The position numbers and the translations under genes are program-made. A DNA stretch of 62,811 bases, counting the filler, from Sphacelaria rigidula (lineage: Eukaryota), in the NCBI GenBank assembly GCA_964200075.2. It is 10 parts of 10 records of this genome, joined end to end, with 100 filler letters (N's around TTAATTAATTAA, not from the genome) between each part and the next. Parts side by side here need not be neighbours in the genome. Positions count along the whole stretch, not along the records: positions 25,166 to 31,356 come from CAXNAA020021622.1; positions 31,457 to 37,647 come from CAXNAA020021623.1; positions 37,748 to 43,938 come from CAXNAA020021624.1; 7 more parts are not named here. The stretch is one strand, 5' to 3'. The notes under the pieces are model-generated. The model made no database searches. It saw only the letters and a program-made list of their open reading frames with translations, and was not told where the DNA came from. Each line of letters begins with the position of its first letter. The first letter of the stretch is position 1. This document shows positions 27,362-40,370 of the stretch, piece by piece.

Positions 27362-28689
27362 GGGGGGGGGAGAGGTAGGTAAGTTTGCGGGATACGTTTC
27401 TTCGTGTACCCTTGACTGCGGTACTCTGAACAATCTCCAAAGGGCTGTCCTTTTTTCGGCGTTCAACTATGAAACTACGGGCCAAGGCATCCGAGGGCTT
27501 GTAACGTTATAACCCTTTCGACCACCGCGAGGGGGAGCGGTATTATTGTTGTCTTCATATTTCGATGTGAACATTACACCTTGCCTGGTGGTCAAGAGAT
27601 TCATGCAGCTTCGGTCGGGATAGGCGTTTCCAGATAGTGCCCTCCTATATACCCTCCTTCTGCCATTGGGGCCATCATTGTGACTGAGATTGCGAGGGAG
27701 CGAGGCAACGCCCCTTTTGAAACCGAGCCAATGATTTGAACCCCGTTTCTTCCCGTTTTGTGCACTGCTGTCTCGTACCTCGGATCTACCATCCACTGTC
27801 GCCCGCGTCCTGCACACGGGTATCTCTGTGATGCACTGTGTACATGCTCTATTTCGGCGCACACTTGTGAGAATCTTTCGTCGTTTATATATTGGTGCTC
27901 AGGATACTTGTGGCATTAAACAGCAACTCGTGGGGGGGAGGAGTCAAACCACAACCCAACCCGACACCAACGCCACAACGGTGCGTGCTGTTGATAACTC
28001 CCGTTAGGAAATCGTTAAACCGGTTTCAAGTAGCGTGAGCTGGGAGCAATAACTTTGGGATTGTCTGAACTCACGGCCAATTAGAGCAAACACACGTACA
28101 AAGTATTTCCAAGTCGTTTGTTCTCAAAAACAAAAAACATTGCAACAAACATGCTGCACCAGTGCCAACTCATGTTTAGTTGACAAACACCAGGAAACCT
28201 GCGGAAAGGAAGACAGATCCAAGAAGGTTGCTCGGTGGCAACCCCTGAAAAGCCGACGGGTTTGCTGGTGCGAAGCGAATGCCTCGGCAACGCCGGTATT
28301 CAGGGACACGGAATGAATGCCTACTGCTCTACCACTCGTACTGTTGCAGTTTACATGGAGGCCAGGTGCACAGGGCACGAAAGGACGCACGCAAAGAAAA
28401 GCGCAGTGCAACGTAGAGTTTGCAACATATACACAAGATATTTTAACAATCATTTTAATAATGCCCTTGTATATCATCCACGTAAACGATGGAATGGTGG
28501 ATGGTGCGATCGTCCTGCCTGTCCTCCGCGTGATGAAAATCTCTCCCCCCACCATATGAACGATTCAACGTGTTGGCAAACTGTGCGTTCCGCGCACAGC
28601 TAGGGTAGTGACGCATCTGTACGATCCTGTGTACAAGCAATTATGTGCGCGGATACAAGCAAGTACAAGATCATGCAGCACGGATTGCC

Positions 28690-29137
28690 GGTCTCCTGGT
28701 GGATCAGTTGATGACTTCGACTTCTTCTGGCGGTTGGGTCGTGGGGGTTCGAATTTCGGCGAAGTCACACGATCTCGGATCGGTCGCCCCGGTGACTCAG
28801 TAGGTAACCTCGAATCCTTTCGACGATCAGGTAGAGGGTGGCTTCGAATGTCGGTGTAGTCACACGATCCGTTTTTCTGTTTTCTTTCCTCACACCATAT
28901 CCAACAGTGGAGAACAACCATGTCGTGGGTACACAAAATTCGACTTCACGGTCGACGCCGAATCCCTCTCGCGATGGCAATAAGGCAGGCACCGCAAAAG
29001 GAAGATGATACTTGTACTAACTTAAAACAAAATATTATCTCTTCCTGTGTTCGCTTTTCTCCCGTATGACCCCGGCTGCGCCCACATATACTGAAAGGTG
29101 TAGGCTGGCGTCCAGAATAGATAGGATGACAGCACAC
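28690..29137 (+). mobile_element. SINE family 1 copy with two tandem tRNA-like heads
   Basis: Head 1 about 28690-28770 (TGGATCAGTTGA...GGTTCGAATT), head 2 about 28785-28870 (TGACTCAGTAGG...GCTTCGAATG), both followed by AGTCACACGATC, then the family body. Confidence 0.7.
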
Positions 29138-30822
29138 GCGCGTTTGCAGGGTAATGATTTCACCCGCTTGAAAGCGAGCGAGCAACAAACAGTATAGAGA
29201 CTTGCTATACCACCGTTGGGGGGGGCTTCACCGAAGCGCACGCTACGTGCACTCTGCGCAGGGGCTTGGGATTGCCGTGAGCCCTGTGCACAAGATGCGA
29301 ATATGATGGTCTACACTACAAAGATGTATATACTCACTCGTCGTGTTTTATCGCGGCGCCAGACGAAACTTTCCCGATGTACAGTGCGTGCCGTCTGTTG
29401 ACAAGTATTATTGTAGGTCTCTCTGCGTTTCGCGAGCTACTGTAGTGTTGGGCAAGGTGTTTTCACAAATCATCACAGGTCCGCCAAACCAACAGCCGAC
29501 GTCGTTCACCCCACTCAAACCATCGACATACAGTCGATGCACTACAAAGTTACAGGCAGTACCTACAACAGTACATGTCTACACATACAATTCCACTCAC
29601 AAAGCGCACGCCAGATGTGCGTTCCGGGGTTTCTTCGGCAGCGGGCATCTTGCTTGGATTCTTGAGGGAGATCGAAGGATGAGAGGATGGGATTCTTCCC
29701 TTCTCGTTCGGCTTGCCGTGAAAGTGCTGCTGTGAGGGGGGAGAGTAGGTGGAATGTGAAAGTGCTGCTGTGAGGGACATGAAGAGGGCAGAAAACCTCT
29801 GGTACAACTATGGATCTTCCTGCGGAAGGCGTTTGGCCTTTTGCGCCCTTAGGAAGCTTTTTGGCGGAATGTTCGTGATGAACCCACTCGAATTTTCGTC
29901 GGATGGTACAGTAGAGGTGCGTATTAGACGGCGAGAGTAGGTCATCTATTGAATCGGCATCAATTTCACTTGGAAAAAGTATCTATGATCCACGTAGACT
30001 ACCCTTTCGCGGCCTGAGCGTTGACCCTTAGACCGCGAGGTTAGTCTTCTTCTGTTGAATCAGCATCAATTTCAAGTGAAAAAAAGTATGCATGGTCCAG
30101 AAACACTAATCTCGCCGTCTAACGGTCAAGACAGACAGGCCCTAAGGGCGTGTCTTGATTGAGGTACAGACAGCCAGTAGAGCGAGGCGATCCGAGGATT
30201 TGTACGTAAACAATGGTTGGTACTATGCAGATGCCGCCAACCCTAACGCTAACCCTAACCCTAACCCCGACCAAGGCATCCCGAGAACCCTCGGGCAAGG
30301 GGGTACAGAGTGTTCCCTAGGCAAAGTGTGCGTTGCCAGAGCTCAAATCGACACGCCTTTCAGCCGATTTTGGACCAAAACACGTTCTGGACGAGCTGGG
30401 TCTACTGCCCACCACTGCTCACCTGCCCCAGACCACTAGCTAGCTGAGGATTTGTACGTGAACAATGGTTGCTACTCGATTTTACTTGATTTCAGAGGGA
30501 ACAAAGCTCTGAAGAAATTCATGGTCATATCAAACTCCATATTACAGGTATATTTCGCAGTAATTTACATCGAAAACCTCGAGGTTGAGCTGTGAGATAC
30601 TTCGATTTGTGCCCGTCTCAACAATAACATAATGCTGAAATGATCCATCAAAGATCGGATTTCTCGTTCCCATGCACTTTTTCGGTAGAAAAATATAATG
30701 TTCTAAATTAATCCTTGAACTGCGATGAGGAGGGTAGTCCACCTTCATCATGCACACTTTTTCCACGTGAAATTGATGCCGATTCAACAGGTGGCCTCTT
30801 CTCGCTAAGGAAAGACCCTTAA

Positions 30823-30920
30823 CCCTTAGACCGCGAGGTTAGTCTTCTGTTGAATCGGCATCAATTTCAAGTGAAAGAAAGTATGCATGATCCAGGAAGA
30901 CTAATCTCGCGGTCCAAGGG
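30823..30920. mobile_element. About 100-bp piggyBac-like mini-MITE; relatives at about 5717-5929 (tandem pair), 29930-30125, 30760-30980, 44610-44713
   Basis: TTAA|CCCTTAGACCGCGAGGTTAGTCTT...AAGACTAATCTCGCGGTCCAAGGG|TCAA with core GTTGAATCGGCATCAATTTCA..TG.AAAAAGTATGCA. Confidence 0.78.
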
Positions 30921-31084
30921 TCAACGGCGAGAGCAGGTCATCTGTTGAATCGTCATGAATTTCACTCGAAAAAAGTATGCAAAATAGAGATGGATTACCC
31001 TGGATTGAGGGCGTGATCTCGGGAAAAGTAGTACAGTACGGTATCGATAATAATAATGTACAAGGGCTTCGGACGCGGGGGCCT

Positions 31085-31300
31085 ACGGCCCCCTCGTCCT
31101 TCGGTGTACTGTGGTGTCATGACGTTTAGACTTGTGAGATATGTTACCAAGAAGAGTGACGGTGATGTTGGAAAGGAGGACAGACTTGGCAGGAGGCCCC
31201 CGCGTCCTTTGATGTACTGTAGTCTCATGACGTTGAGACTGGTGAGAAATGTTACGAAGAGTGACGGTGATGTTGGAAAGAAGGAGGACAGATTTGGTGG
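31085..31300 (+). repeat. About 110-bp tandem duplication
   Basis: TGTACTGT.GT.TCATGACGTT.AGACT.GTGAGA...GAAGAGTGACGGTGATGTTGGAAAG twice. Confidence 0.85.
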
Positions 31301-34300
31301 GAGAAGTTTGTGGCGTGTAGATGAACACCTGTCGTGTAAACGGGTGCAGCGTTGTTNNNNNNNNNNNNNNNNNNNNNNNNNNNNNNNNNNNNNNNNNNNN
31401 TTAATTAATTAANNNNNNNNNNNNNNNNNNNNNNNNNNNNNNNNNNNNNNNNNNNNCGTGGTCAATGGTCGAACGCCTAAGGCAAGCAACAAACGAGTGC
31501 CCCCCCCCCCCCCCCCCCCCTCTTCGACGTCTGTTTTTCATCGGAGCAGGCCCACTACCGGTCGATGGCCGGCCCGAGGCAACGGTCATCACTTCGGGTA
31601 CACAATAACCGATTTTCTCGAGAATGAAGAGCGTGTACTCATGCGAAAGGTCCCGTTTATCGACATACAGTAAAGATCCAAAGTTTCCATCAGAGTGCGG
31701 TCATTCGGGTTGGAGAATCTACCGCACCCCGGGAGGACACCAACCGTATATCCAGTGAAGAGATCTTGTCAACCGCAAATCTTGTGTCGGCGTCTCCGCA
31801 GCAGTATTCGAGAAAATCGAGTATGAAACATTACACACCGATGAAAAAAACTTGACATAGCACCTACGGTAGCCTGACATCCATTCCTCGACTCACAGTA
31901 AACCTCGTTTAATGCAACAGTAAAATACTGTAGCGTAGCCAAACTGATGGTCGAGGCCGTAGTGCGCTGCTTTCAAGCGATTTTCTCAAGAAACTTAATT
32001 TCAAAGGCGACATAGCCTTTGTTCGAACGGCAAGTAATTTACGTCCATATACACTGCACAGTCATTCGTCGTTTTGTACGCAAGCCTACTTGATGGGTCC
32101 ACACCCTGGCCGATACAGCTCGACACACCCACATCACCTTAGCCATATCTGGAGGCACCAGGAGGTCGCACACGATGGGGTCATTGGGGTTTCTGATGCT
32201 CCTTGTCTTGAGCACCTGAGCCGCGATTCGCCTTCGCATCTCCTGGCTAACTCTCTGCAGAGCGTACGCCATGTGTTATCGAATGCCCACAGCAAAAACA
32301 ACCATATCCAGCAACCGTCAATTCAGAGGTGCCGGTTCAGGAAACGATAAAAAAAAAGGGCAGCACGGGTGAGCAGTAAAGACACAGACGTCAAGCCCCT
32401 TGGTTGCTAAGGCTTTGAGATCTTCGCTACACGTTCCTGCCCCCGACCGCCACGCGATTTGGAATGTTTGTCTCGCGGTAAGCTGACCACAACCACGACA
32501 CAACCAACGCACAGGAGAGAGTGATATGGCCTTCAGACTAGTCTGTGCTTCGTGTCAGTGGCGACGCAACCCACCCTTTAGGCAGTGACAGTGGGTCATG
32601 CCGACAGTGCTGACCTCCACGCAACCCCGCAGCTGCGGAGTTTTTGCCCCGCAGCGGGAACAAAATCGAACCCCGCAGCTGCAGACTTTTACCCGGGGTT
32701 GGGAACAAAATTTAACCCCGGAGCTGCGAGGGAGTAAGAATAATGCTAGATTACGGTAAATAACACCTGCCTACGATGCAAGTCTTAAACTCGAAAATTT
32801 CACACAGCACGGTCCAACTATACTACTTTTGGGGGAGAAAATAACGATCGGCACCGTTGGGATAAAATCTAGCGTGGAAGTTTGCGGCTAGTTCCCCCCC
32901 CCCCTGCAGCAGCGCACGCGTCTGACGTGTCGCTCGAAACGAAGTCCTCCATTAACCTCCATCCTGTGAGTAAATTGAAACGGTGCTCCATTTTTGCCGT
33001 GTGTACCTACAAAGCACGGTGCAACTGTCTGCCTCGCTTTTTTAGTACGGATCGAACCGAACGCAGTGTCTGCGGGCGGCAGACAGGCCCATGTTGTTGC
33101 CTTCAGCAGGATACTCCTAGCCTGGCCTAAACCTGACCCCAACGATCAAACCTGTGAAACCCCGAACGTGTCTCAAGGGCAAACAAAAAGCACTGCAAGG
33201 CGGTAACATGCTGTGCTGCGCAGTACAGGGGGCACGATCTTGAGGATACATGCTGCGGTGTGCGCCGCCAGAGAACCGATTGATATCCTCGACTCAAGGA
33301 TCACGTAGCGGTCGCCAGGTTTGGTGGTTGAAATGAATGATAGAGGGCGTCACAATCCCACCCACCAACATTTCATCGCTTCTGGTGTGTCTGCGAAGAA
33401 AAACTTGCGTTTGCCGTTTGAGTATCCTGTTCAGTCAGAACAAACAAAAAAAGTGCGGCTTGTTTCTTTCAGTACCATAACGGTGAGTGGATCTTCGGCC
33501 GCGCATCGAAGAGAGGGGCGGAAGTCCTTCCGCCAAAGAGTTGGCAGCGCAACAACAGATCAAGAGAAGCTCGCGCATCCACAGCAGTGCACTACCACCA
33601 GCGCATTCTGCAGGCAACATCAAGTACTGTGCGTGGTGTCGCACAAAAAGAATCGCTGTCGTCGCTATCAGCGAGGAGCATCGAACATTGCACGCTGACC
33701 GTACCGTCCACAGCCGTTCCGTTTTGGTCCGACAACAACAGATAGTCGAGGGTCAACCAACGGAGGCATCAAAACCCATTAGCAACGACCACAGGCTACA
33801 GGGTTGGAGATGGCACGTCATTAATTCTATTCCTGGGAAACCCAATCAACATATATTGAAATCGGTACGAGTGCAGTAGAACAGCAACAGTAGGTACCAA
33901 TCGCTGCCGCCCCAACATGGCGTATGTGAGATGTTGTGCGACTTCCCCCCCAAACCCTGGTCGGGTGCGGCATGATTCGGAGTACTGAATGTCGGTCAGG
34001 TGCTACGTGCGGTGACTGTTGTGACAATTACCTAAACTATGCAAGTACGCGTGCAGGATCGGTGTACTGTACTGTGAAAGAGACGCGGAAAGTAAAGAAA
34101 AACATGCGAAGTTGCGGTACACCCTGCACAGGGCACAAGAAGTTAAGGGGAGGGTAAGGTAGGGTGGGGGGAACGTCATTGTAGAGTACTGGAAAACACT
34201 CGGTTGTCCGCGGCACCATGCCGTAATTGAATTGAAACCCAAGCAATCACGGCTGCACCATTGTAATCTCGATGCGAGAGATACAGAACATGTATACTGA

Positions 34301-35776
34301 ACAGCAGTCGAGAGCCGCATCCTCCCTTCAACCGACATAGGAAAATCGATAGCTGTAGCCGTGACGATATTAAACCAGCGATGCGATATAACAACTAGCG
34401 TTATATTGATCGGCAACCCCCACGCCTGATCCACTTTGCTGTAGGTGCCGTAAACTCAATGCTGTACGTGTCGGACTACTGTTAATCGAACTCCTTGTAG
34501 TTGTTCCCATTGGTTCAAAGAAGGGAACTCAAACATACGAGATTGCACCGCTTTACACAGACAACGGCAGTACAGCAGTACAGTAGACGAAAGTCTAACG
34601 AAACACTCACGTCGCCGAAGTAGCTGCTGCTGCTATCCTCCAATATTTCTTGCGAAGAATGCTGCCGCGTATTGTTGTACTCCACATGATCTACGTCCAT
34701 TTTCATGAGACTCATGACGGTCTCCCTTACCCAAGCAAAGGCTTGCTTTTCCCTGGCAACTTTCCCCAATCAAAGTGTTTCGAACGGCCCCGACTCAAAC
34801 CCAGCAAGTTTGGTCTCATTATATAGGGTTTTAGTATCTCCATATTGTGGTGGAGTTAAATCATGTCAGGTACCACATTTGATCATCGAGATAAAAGTTC
34901 CTGACATCAGCTTTCTTTCTTTCTCTGCTTGTATCCAAGCCGTCCTACCCTCCTTGTGTCCATGGTATGAACATCATCTTACCTTGTCAAATCGCTTTCA
35001 AAATAACCACGATCAGTCACAGGATATACGAGAGAAAGAGATATATGGTCTATTAATATAGAGGTCGATAACCATTCTTGATTCAATATGAAAGTTATTC
35101 GTATTTCAGGTATCTCCAGAATTATTGTTCATCAGCGGGTACTGCCAATTGGTCTAGTATGACGCTCGCCCCACCGGCTTGGCCACCGTGCACCCGTGCT
35201 GTTTGCTGATGCCATGGTGGACCTCTGTGAAGGCGAGCGTGTTGGATGGGCTGTGCTAACAACCGGTGTTGCCTTGGTCACTACAATTCCATGGTATGTG
35301 TGAGAGTACAGAATATATATTCGTTTCGCATTGTGTTATTTTGCGCCCTAATGCAGCGCAGCAGGCCGGCAGAGTCGAGCTCATAGCCGTCCGCTCTCTG
35401 CATACGCCCAAAAGCGTGTGTATATGTAATAGATTCGACCATGAAGCATGGACGTTCTGGAGATATCTGCGCAGTGAAATATGAAGAGCCCATCAGCTTC
35501 GCTTGTTCGTGGGAAACCGGTGTAGTTGTACACGTCGGTTGGCGAGAGGTCATTTCGGAACAGTTACACCATATACTTGCATCTTACTTGGACGTCCCAC
35601 CCGCGCACCCTGGCACCCTGACCTGCATCCATGCAGTCATATCACGAGTATCACCCAGGGTAAATCCTTCAGATAGTCCGTTTAGCGCGTCCAGTTGCAG
35701 GAGTATGTCATGCAAGAGGTCTGCTGGGCCCCGGGGTATTGCAATGCAACCCTGATGGGCAGATGATTAAGATTAA

Positions 35777-36840
35777 CCCTTAGACAGCGACCCCCCGCAG
35801 GTGGGACTATGCCACATTCGGGTTTCAGAAGAGCTCTTTTCTCGCTACAGAAAACGCCTTTTTTCAAAATCATGTGGATTCTGGACATCTATATCGAAAA
35901 CAGTTCCGGAGAACCCCCGACCGGTTTCGACCGTGCCGTCAACAGCGTACAGAGTCAGTGTGTGCGGTATGTCTCCGCTGGATACAACAGCAAGAAACAG
36001 TCAGCGTGCCATCGCTCCCCACTGAAAACAGTTTACTGCATGCTGCTGATGCCTCTGCTTGGTGTTCAATGACACCACACACCAGGTGAACCTATACTGG
36101 CAACAGATGAGGCGTCAGATAGGCGGCGCGGACCTCGAGCAGAGTACAAAACAAGTTATTTGTACACATGCACGATCATCATCTTTGTTCGTGCTTGTGT
36201 TTGTGTTTGTGTTTGTCGTTATTTTGTCGTTATTTTGTTCTTACTGCACTGCTGTTGTTTGCTCCCGTTATTGTTTGTTGTTGTTGTTGGTGGTGGTCGT
36301 GGTCGTGGTGTTTTTTTTTTTTTATGTTATCGCTGCCCCCTTTCTTTCCTTTCTGAGGCCGTTGCTTCTGTCGTTTTCTTGCTCCTTTCTTTATTGTATT
36401 TTTTGTTATTATTATGTTCTATTTTTGCTACTCCTGACCACGGGCTGGATTGTTGCAATCAGCTAATGTGAGATAATCAATCAATCAATCACTCAATGTT
36501 ATCTATGATTGAATTGACATTTCCAAAATGATATATGCCCCTAGACAACGAAGTAGTCCACCTGTAGTTACCTTTTCGGGAACTACGTGGTCATTTTGAC
36601 GTCCGTGATTGGTCAGAATGGTCATTCCGCGCCTCTCGGGCTGTCGTCCCTGGCTTAGAAGCTTCCACGGGAAACTTCCAATATCACATGGTTGACTTGG
36701 TGAGCTTCCCGGCTGCTCTGCGGACAGACCCCCTCCTCTCCCCCCCTCAAAAACTGCCCCTCCGGCCACTGGAAACCCCCGAATGTCTCCGGACTGTCAA
36801 CCTGTGAAATTATTCCGAGGCGACGCTTGCTGTGTAAGGG
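35777..36840. mobile_element. Non-autonomous piggyBac-like element with TTAA target duplication
   Basis: TTAA|CCCTTAGACAGC...GCTGTGTAAGGG|TTAA (11/12 TIR match). An inverted homolog lies at 49451-50165. Confidence 0.82.
36432..36497 (+). repeat. Retroposon-like 3' end with (ATCA)n tail; relatives at about 11792-11856 and 16072-16140
   Basis: TGACCAC...CTGGATT.GT.G...ATCA.CT.ATGTG..A...TCAATCAATC shared; two copies follow a pyrimidine/T-rich low-complexity tract. Confidence 0.55.
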
Positions 36841-37747
36841 TTAACTCCTTGACACACGGCAAAATGGAGTCCATAATATCGATGGACGATTACATGCGTT
36901 GGGTTCTGCTAAAGACTACGCCCGCAGTCGGGTATTCCAAAATCCTCGTGGTAAAAATCTAGAACCCGCTTTGCCCCATACCAGAGCCGAGGGTTGTAAA
37001 AATTATGTCACGTACAAACCGTGGATTCGCACTTCCGCCTGTTTTCCCCAGGGAGATTTTGTTCGTCACTCGTATTGTAGCTGTGGTCGCTATTAATAAT
37101 TCAGGGCATTCACGTGAAAGGTATTTGGAAAATGATGATACCGTGCGGAATGACACTTGACTTCCGCGGGATCGCTGTGGTGCACGGTATTTGATACCTG
37201 CACAGTGCGTACAGACGATACGGGACCGGACGACGGTAGCAGCTCAGCTGCAAAATAAAATTATGGCGGTAATCGCGAGAATCGGAAACCACGGTACCCT
37301 GTCATGGATAATCGTGATAGTTGACATGCTGCACTCAATGAATGCGTTGCGACCCCGATACGACCCCGATAGCCATCTTGCAGGCACATAAAAGAACTGT
37401 GAAAAAATACGACGAAAATCAGGCGCCATGCGACACCGCTCAAGCGAAGGAAAGTGGATATGACCCGTTGCAGAAGACTCTCTCAAACCCCCATCTTAGC
37501 CACCGATATGGCGCCCTTCGCAATCTCCACCTCGTTTCCACATTTCAGCACCTTTAGGTGCCTATCCGTGGGATTGAGCAATGGCCTAGAAAAGTATAAC
37601 TTATCGTTTTCGGCCCAAGAAAGGTACGAAAAATGGCCAGAAACGCGNNNNNNNNNNNNNNNNNNNNNNNNNNNNNNNNNNNNNNNNNNNNTTAATTAAT
37701 TAANNNNNNNNNNNNNNNNNNNNNNNNNNNNNNNNNNNNNNNNNNNN

Positions 37748-37882
37748 GTTTACTCACGTTCTCTCGCTTTCCACGGTGGAAATTATACATTACGGAGAAA
37801 AAACCCAACGCATCGGGAATCGAACCCCCGTTCTGTCCACCCTAATGGCGAGAGTCGGACCATTACACCACCGGGGCGCGGC
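37748..37882 (-). mobile_element. tRNA-derived SINE, family 2 (5' part); body also at 43816-43938 (+)
   Basis: Minus strand GCCCCGGTGGTGTAATGG (A box)...GGGGTTCGATTCCC (B box), then CGTTGGGTTTTTTC..CGTAATGTATAATTTCC.CCGTGGAAAGCG.GAGAACGTGAGTAAAC, which recurs at 43816. Both copies abut contig ends. Confidence 0.75.
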
Positions 37883-38911
37883 AGTACATCTATAAAGTAA
37901 AAAGTGATCAGGACACATTAAACGTCCAACCGAGCCTAAGCAACGGGGAAAATTGAGGTGCATGGGTATTGATTTGCAGTGCCAATGTTGCGGGGGGGGG
38001 GGGGAGAATGCACATAATATACTTGTACTGAAAGATAACCTCTCGGGGAGACTACTACCGTGGCTTGAGAGGATACATAACGCCCCGCCCCGCAGTAAAC
38101 GACATCCGATAACCCCCGTATAAAGCGAACTTGGTTTTTGTTTCTTTCGCGTCAGCAGTACGGTCATTATACTTTCAGCACGCGATGAGCAGCTGCGGGA
38201 ATAACGAAGTGTTGGACAACTGTAGATTTGAAAATGGAACTACTTTTGCGGCAATAATCTGTACGAGCATGCGGCTACTCTTAGCAGGACTCCGTGCCTT
38301 CAAACGTACCATAACCAGAGAGCTCAACTATCAGTACCAGTCGCGAGCACCACAAAAAACCAGACAACCACCGGAACATCGTTGAAGGTTTAAAAGATCA
38401 GCCAGAACAGCAGCAGTAATACTCAGAACTGGAATTTCAACACTGAACTAGCCAGGCATTGCTTCGTGTCATGGTTGTATTTTCATTTCAATACATCTCA
38501 GAATTGTACTATATTAGCTTCCGTAATACTCGTGCCTTGAGCGCTGACTAGGACCCAGTTGAACTACGAGCCTTTCGAAAGATTGCTGTTCACCGATGCA
38601 CGTCCACTGGTTCCCTTACAGGATAAGGGCTGACTACGACAAAAGTACTACGATAATAGTGAAACGAGCCAGGGTCATGATCCAAATCACGGTCTCGCCA
38701 GGGAGAGCATCCACCCCACGACTTCCCCCCTCCGTCACGTAGACAGTACCAAGAACAGGGAGAGGCTCATGAAATACCGCTCCTTTTCTCCGTGTGGGCT
38801 ACGCTATGATTGTTGCACCGTTCTGAGCACCGTTGGAGAACACCAAAAATGATTCAAGACCTGAAGATATTGAACATATCGGGTAATCATATGTATAACA
38901 TACAACACACC

Positions 38912-38979
38912 TACATACATACATACATACATACATACATACATACATACATACATACATACATACATACATACATACA
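38912..38979. repeat. (TACA)n microsatellite
   Basis: Direct reading. Confidence 0.95.
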
Positions 38980-39589
38980 CGGACCAATCTAATATACCAT
39001 ATACGGTTTTGCGTATGATATTTTTTTCGATTCGTCTCTTGTATTATTATGTGAAAGCAATAGAGAAGCTGCGAATATCACAGTATGACAGTATATGAGT
39101 GTCGTCGCATCGACGTTGCACAATTTCAAAATATGCCACAAAGAAAAAGTGCTATAGCGAAACCGCACACGATACTTGGACCCGAAACCCCAATTATCCA
39201 AGGGTCGGGGATATATATACGTATACTTCGTACATAAGATCTTCAGGGCACACGAGAGCGCAGCGACTATATTAAGGAGGCGTCCACGCGATTTTATGCT
39301 GGAATGAGTGTGCAAGTCCCTCCGCGCCCGCGTTGGGGGATGACTGTCCGGGCGAATGCCAATGCTAGGGGTCCAATGCGCGGATTTGTTCCGCGTGGTT
39401 CGTGCTACATTTTAACCACGGTAATATCGTTAAAGTGCGTGGTCACCGATGAGCATCGTTCAACCGATTGTCATTGAATGGATCATGTGTCGATGAGAAA
39501 CTCCTGTGGTTACGGCCACACAGCGCGTGGGGTTCAACCCTCGTGTTCTGTTATGCATGGGCAACGCGCAACGCAACGATGAACTCCCG

Positions 39590-40370
39590 TCGCGAGCTCC
39601 GTCGAATTTCCCGCACGTCCGTATTCTCCATATAAATTTTGAACGGGTGCCGCTAAATTTTGAGCGGGTGCGCAGAGATAGTCTGCCGTCAGCTGAAACC
39701 GTAATCATACGGTGTATTGCATACGGAACCACGCGAGCTCCGTCGAATTTCCCGCACGTCCTTCTTTTCTCTCTCTCTGTATATATATTGAGCGGGTGCA
39801 CAGAGATAGTCTGTCATGAGCTGAAACCGTATCAAAGATAGTCTGTCGTGAGCTGAAACCGTAGTTACACAGTGTATTGCATACGGAACCACACCGGAAT
39901 CATACTCGAGAACACCGGCGAATCATGCCTACACCCTACTCCGTCACAACATCAAACCTCAAGAACCACAACCACACACGGCATGGTCAGCTTTCCCCCA
40001 ACCGAGGAAAAGAAGGAGCGCTCGAAAGACGAGAGAGGATCACCGTCGAGCGGTGACGATCAGTCGTAGCGTCGGGCGCTAAATTTCGAGCGGGCGCACA
40101 GAGATAGTCTGTCGTGAGGTGAAACCGTAATAATGCAGTGTATTGGATACTGAACCACACCCGGATCATACTCGAGAACACCGGCGAATCATGCCTACAC
40201 CTTACTTCGTCATAACATCAGATCTCCTCAAGAACATCAGATCTCCTCAAGAACCACAAAGATAGACGATATGTTCAGCTTTTCCCCAACCAAGAAAAAA
40301 AGATGCGCTCGAACGACAAGAAAGGATCAACCTCGAGCGGTGATAATTAGCCGCAGCGTCGGGCGCGCGA
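39590..40370 (+). repeat. Complex nested tandem duplication
   Basis: AGATAGTCTG.C.TGAG.TGAAACCGTA x4, GAGCTCCGTCGAATTTCCCGCACGTCC x2, ATCATACTCGAGAACACCGGCGAATCATGCCTACACC x2, TCAGCTTT.CCCCAACC block x2. Confidence 0.85.

Noticed and set aside
30239..30268. Telomere (also TAACCC-like runs at about 40421-40445 and 47666-47700)
   Set aside because: Only a few degenerate internal units; not chromosome ends.
34600..35150. Copia reverse transcriptase remnant
   Set aside because: One weak motif (RPYISFS) among many stops; insufficient.
37810..37880. tRNA gene on the minus strand
   Set aside because: A and B boxes are present but there is no proper acceptor or anticodon stem, and the downstream body is a dispersed repeat; called a SINE head.
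39590..40370. CRISPR-like array
   Set aside because: Sequences between repeats are themselves duplicated and unit lengths are irregular; no cas genes; eukaryotic context.
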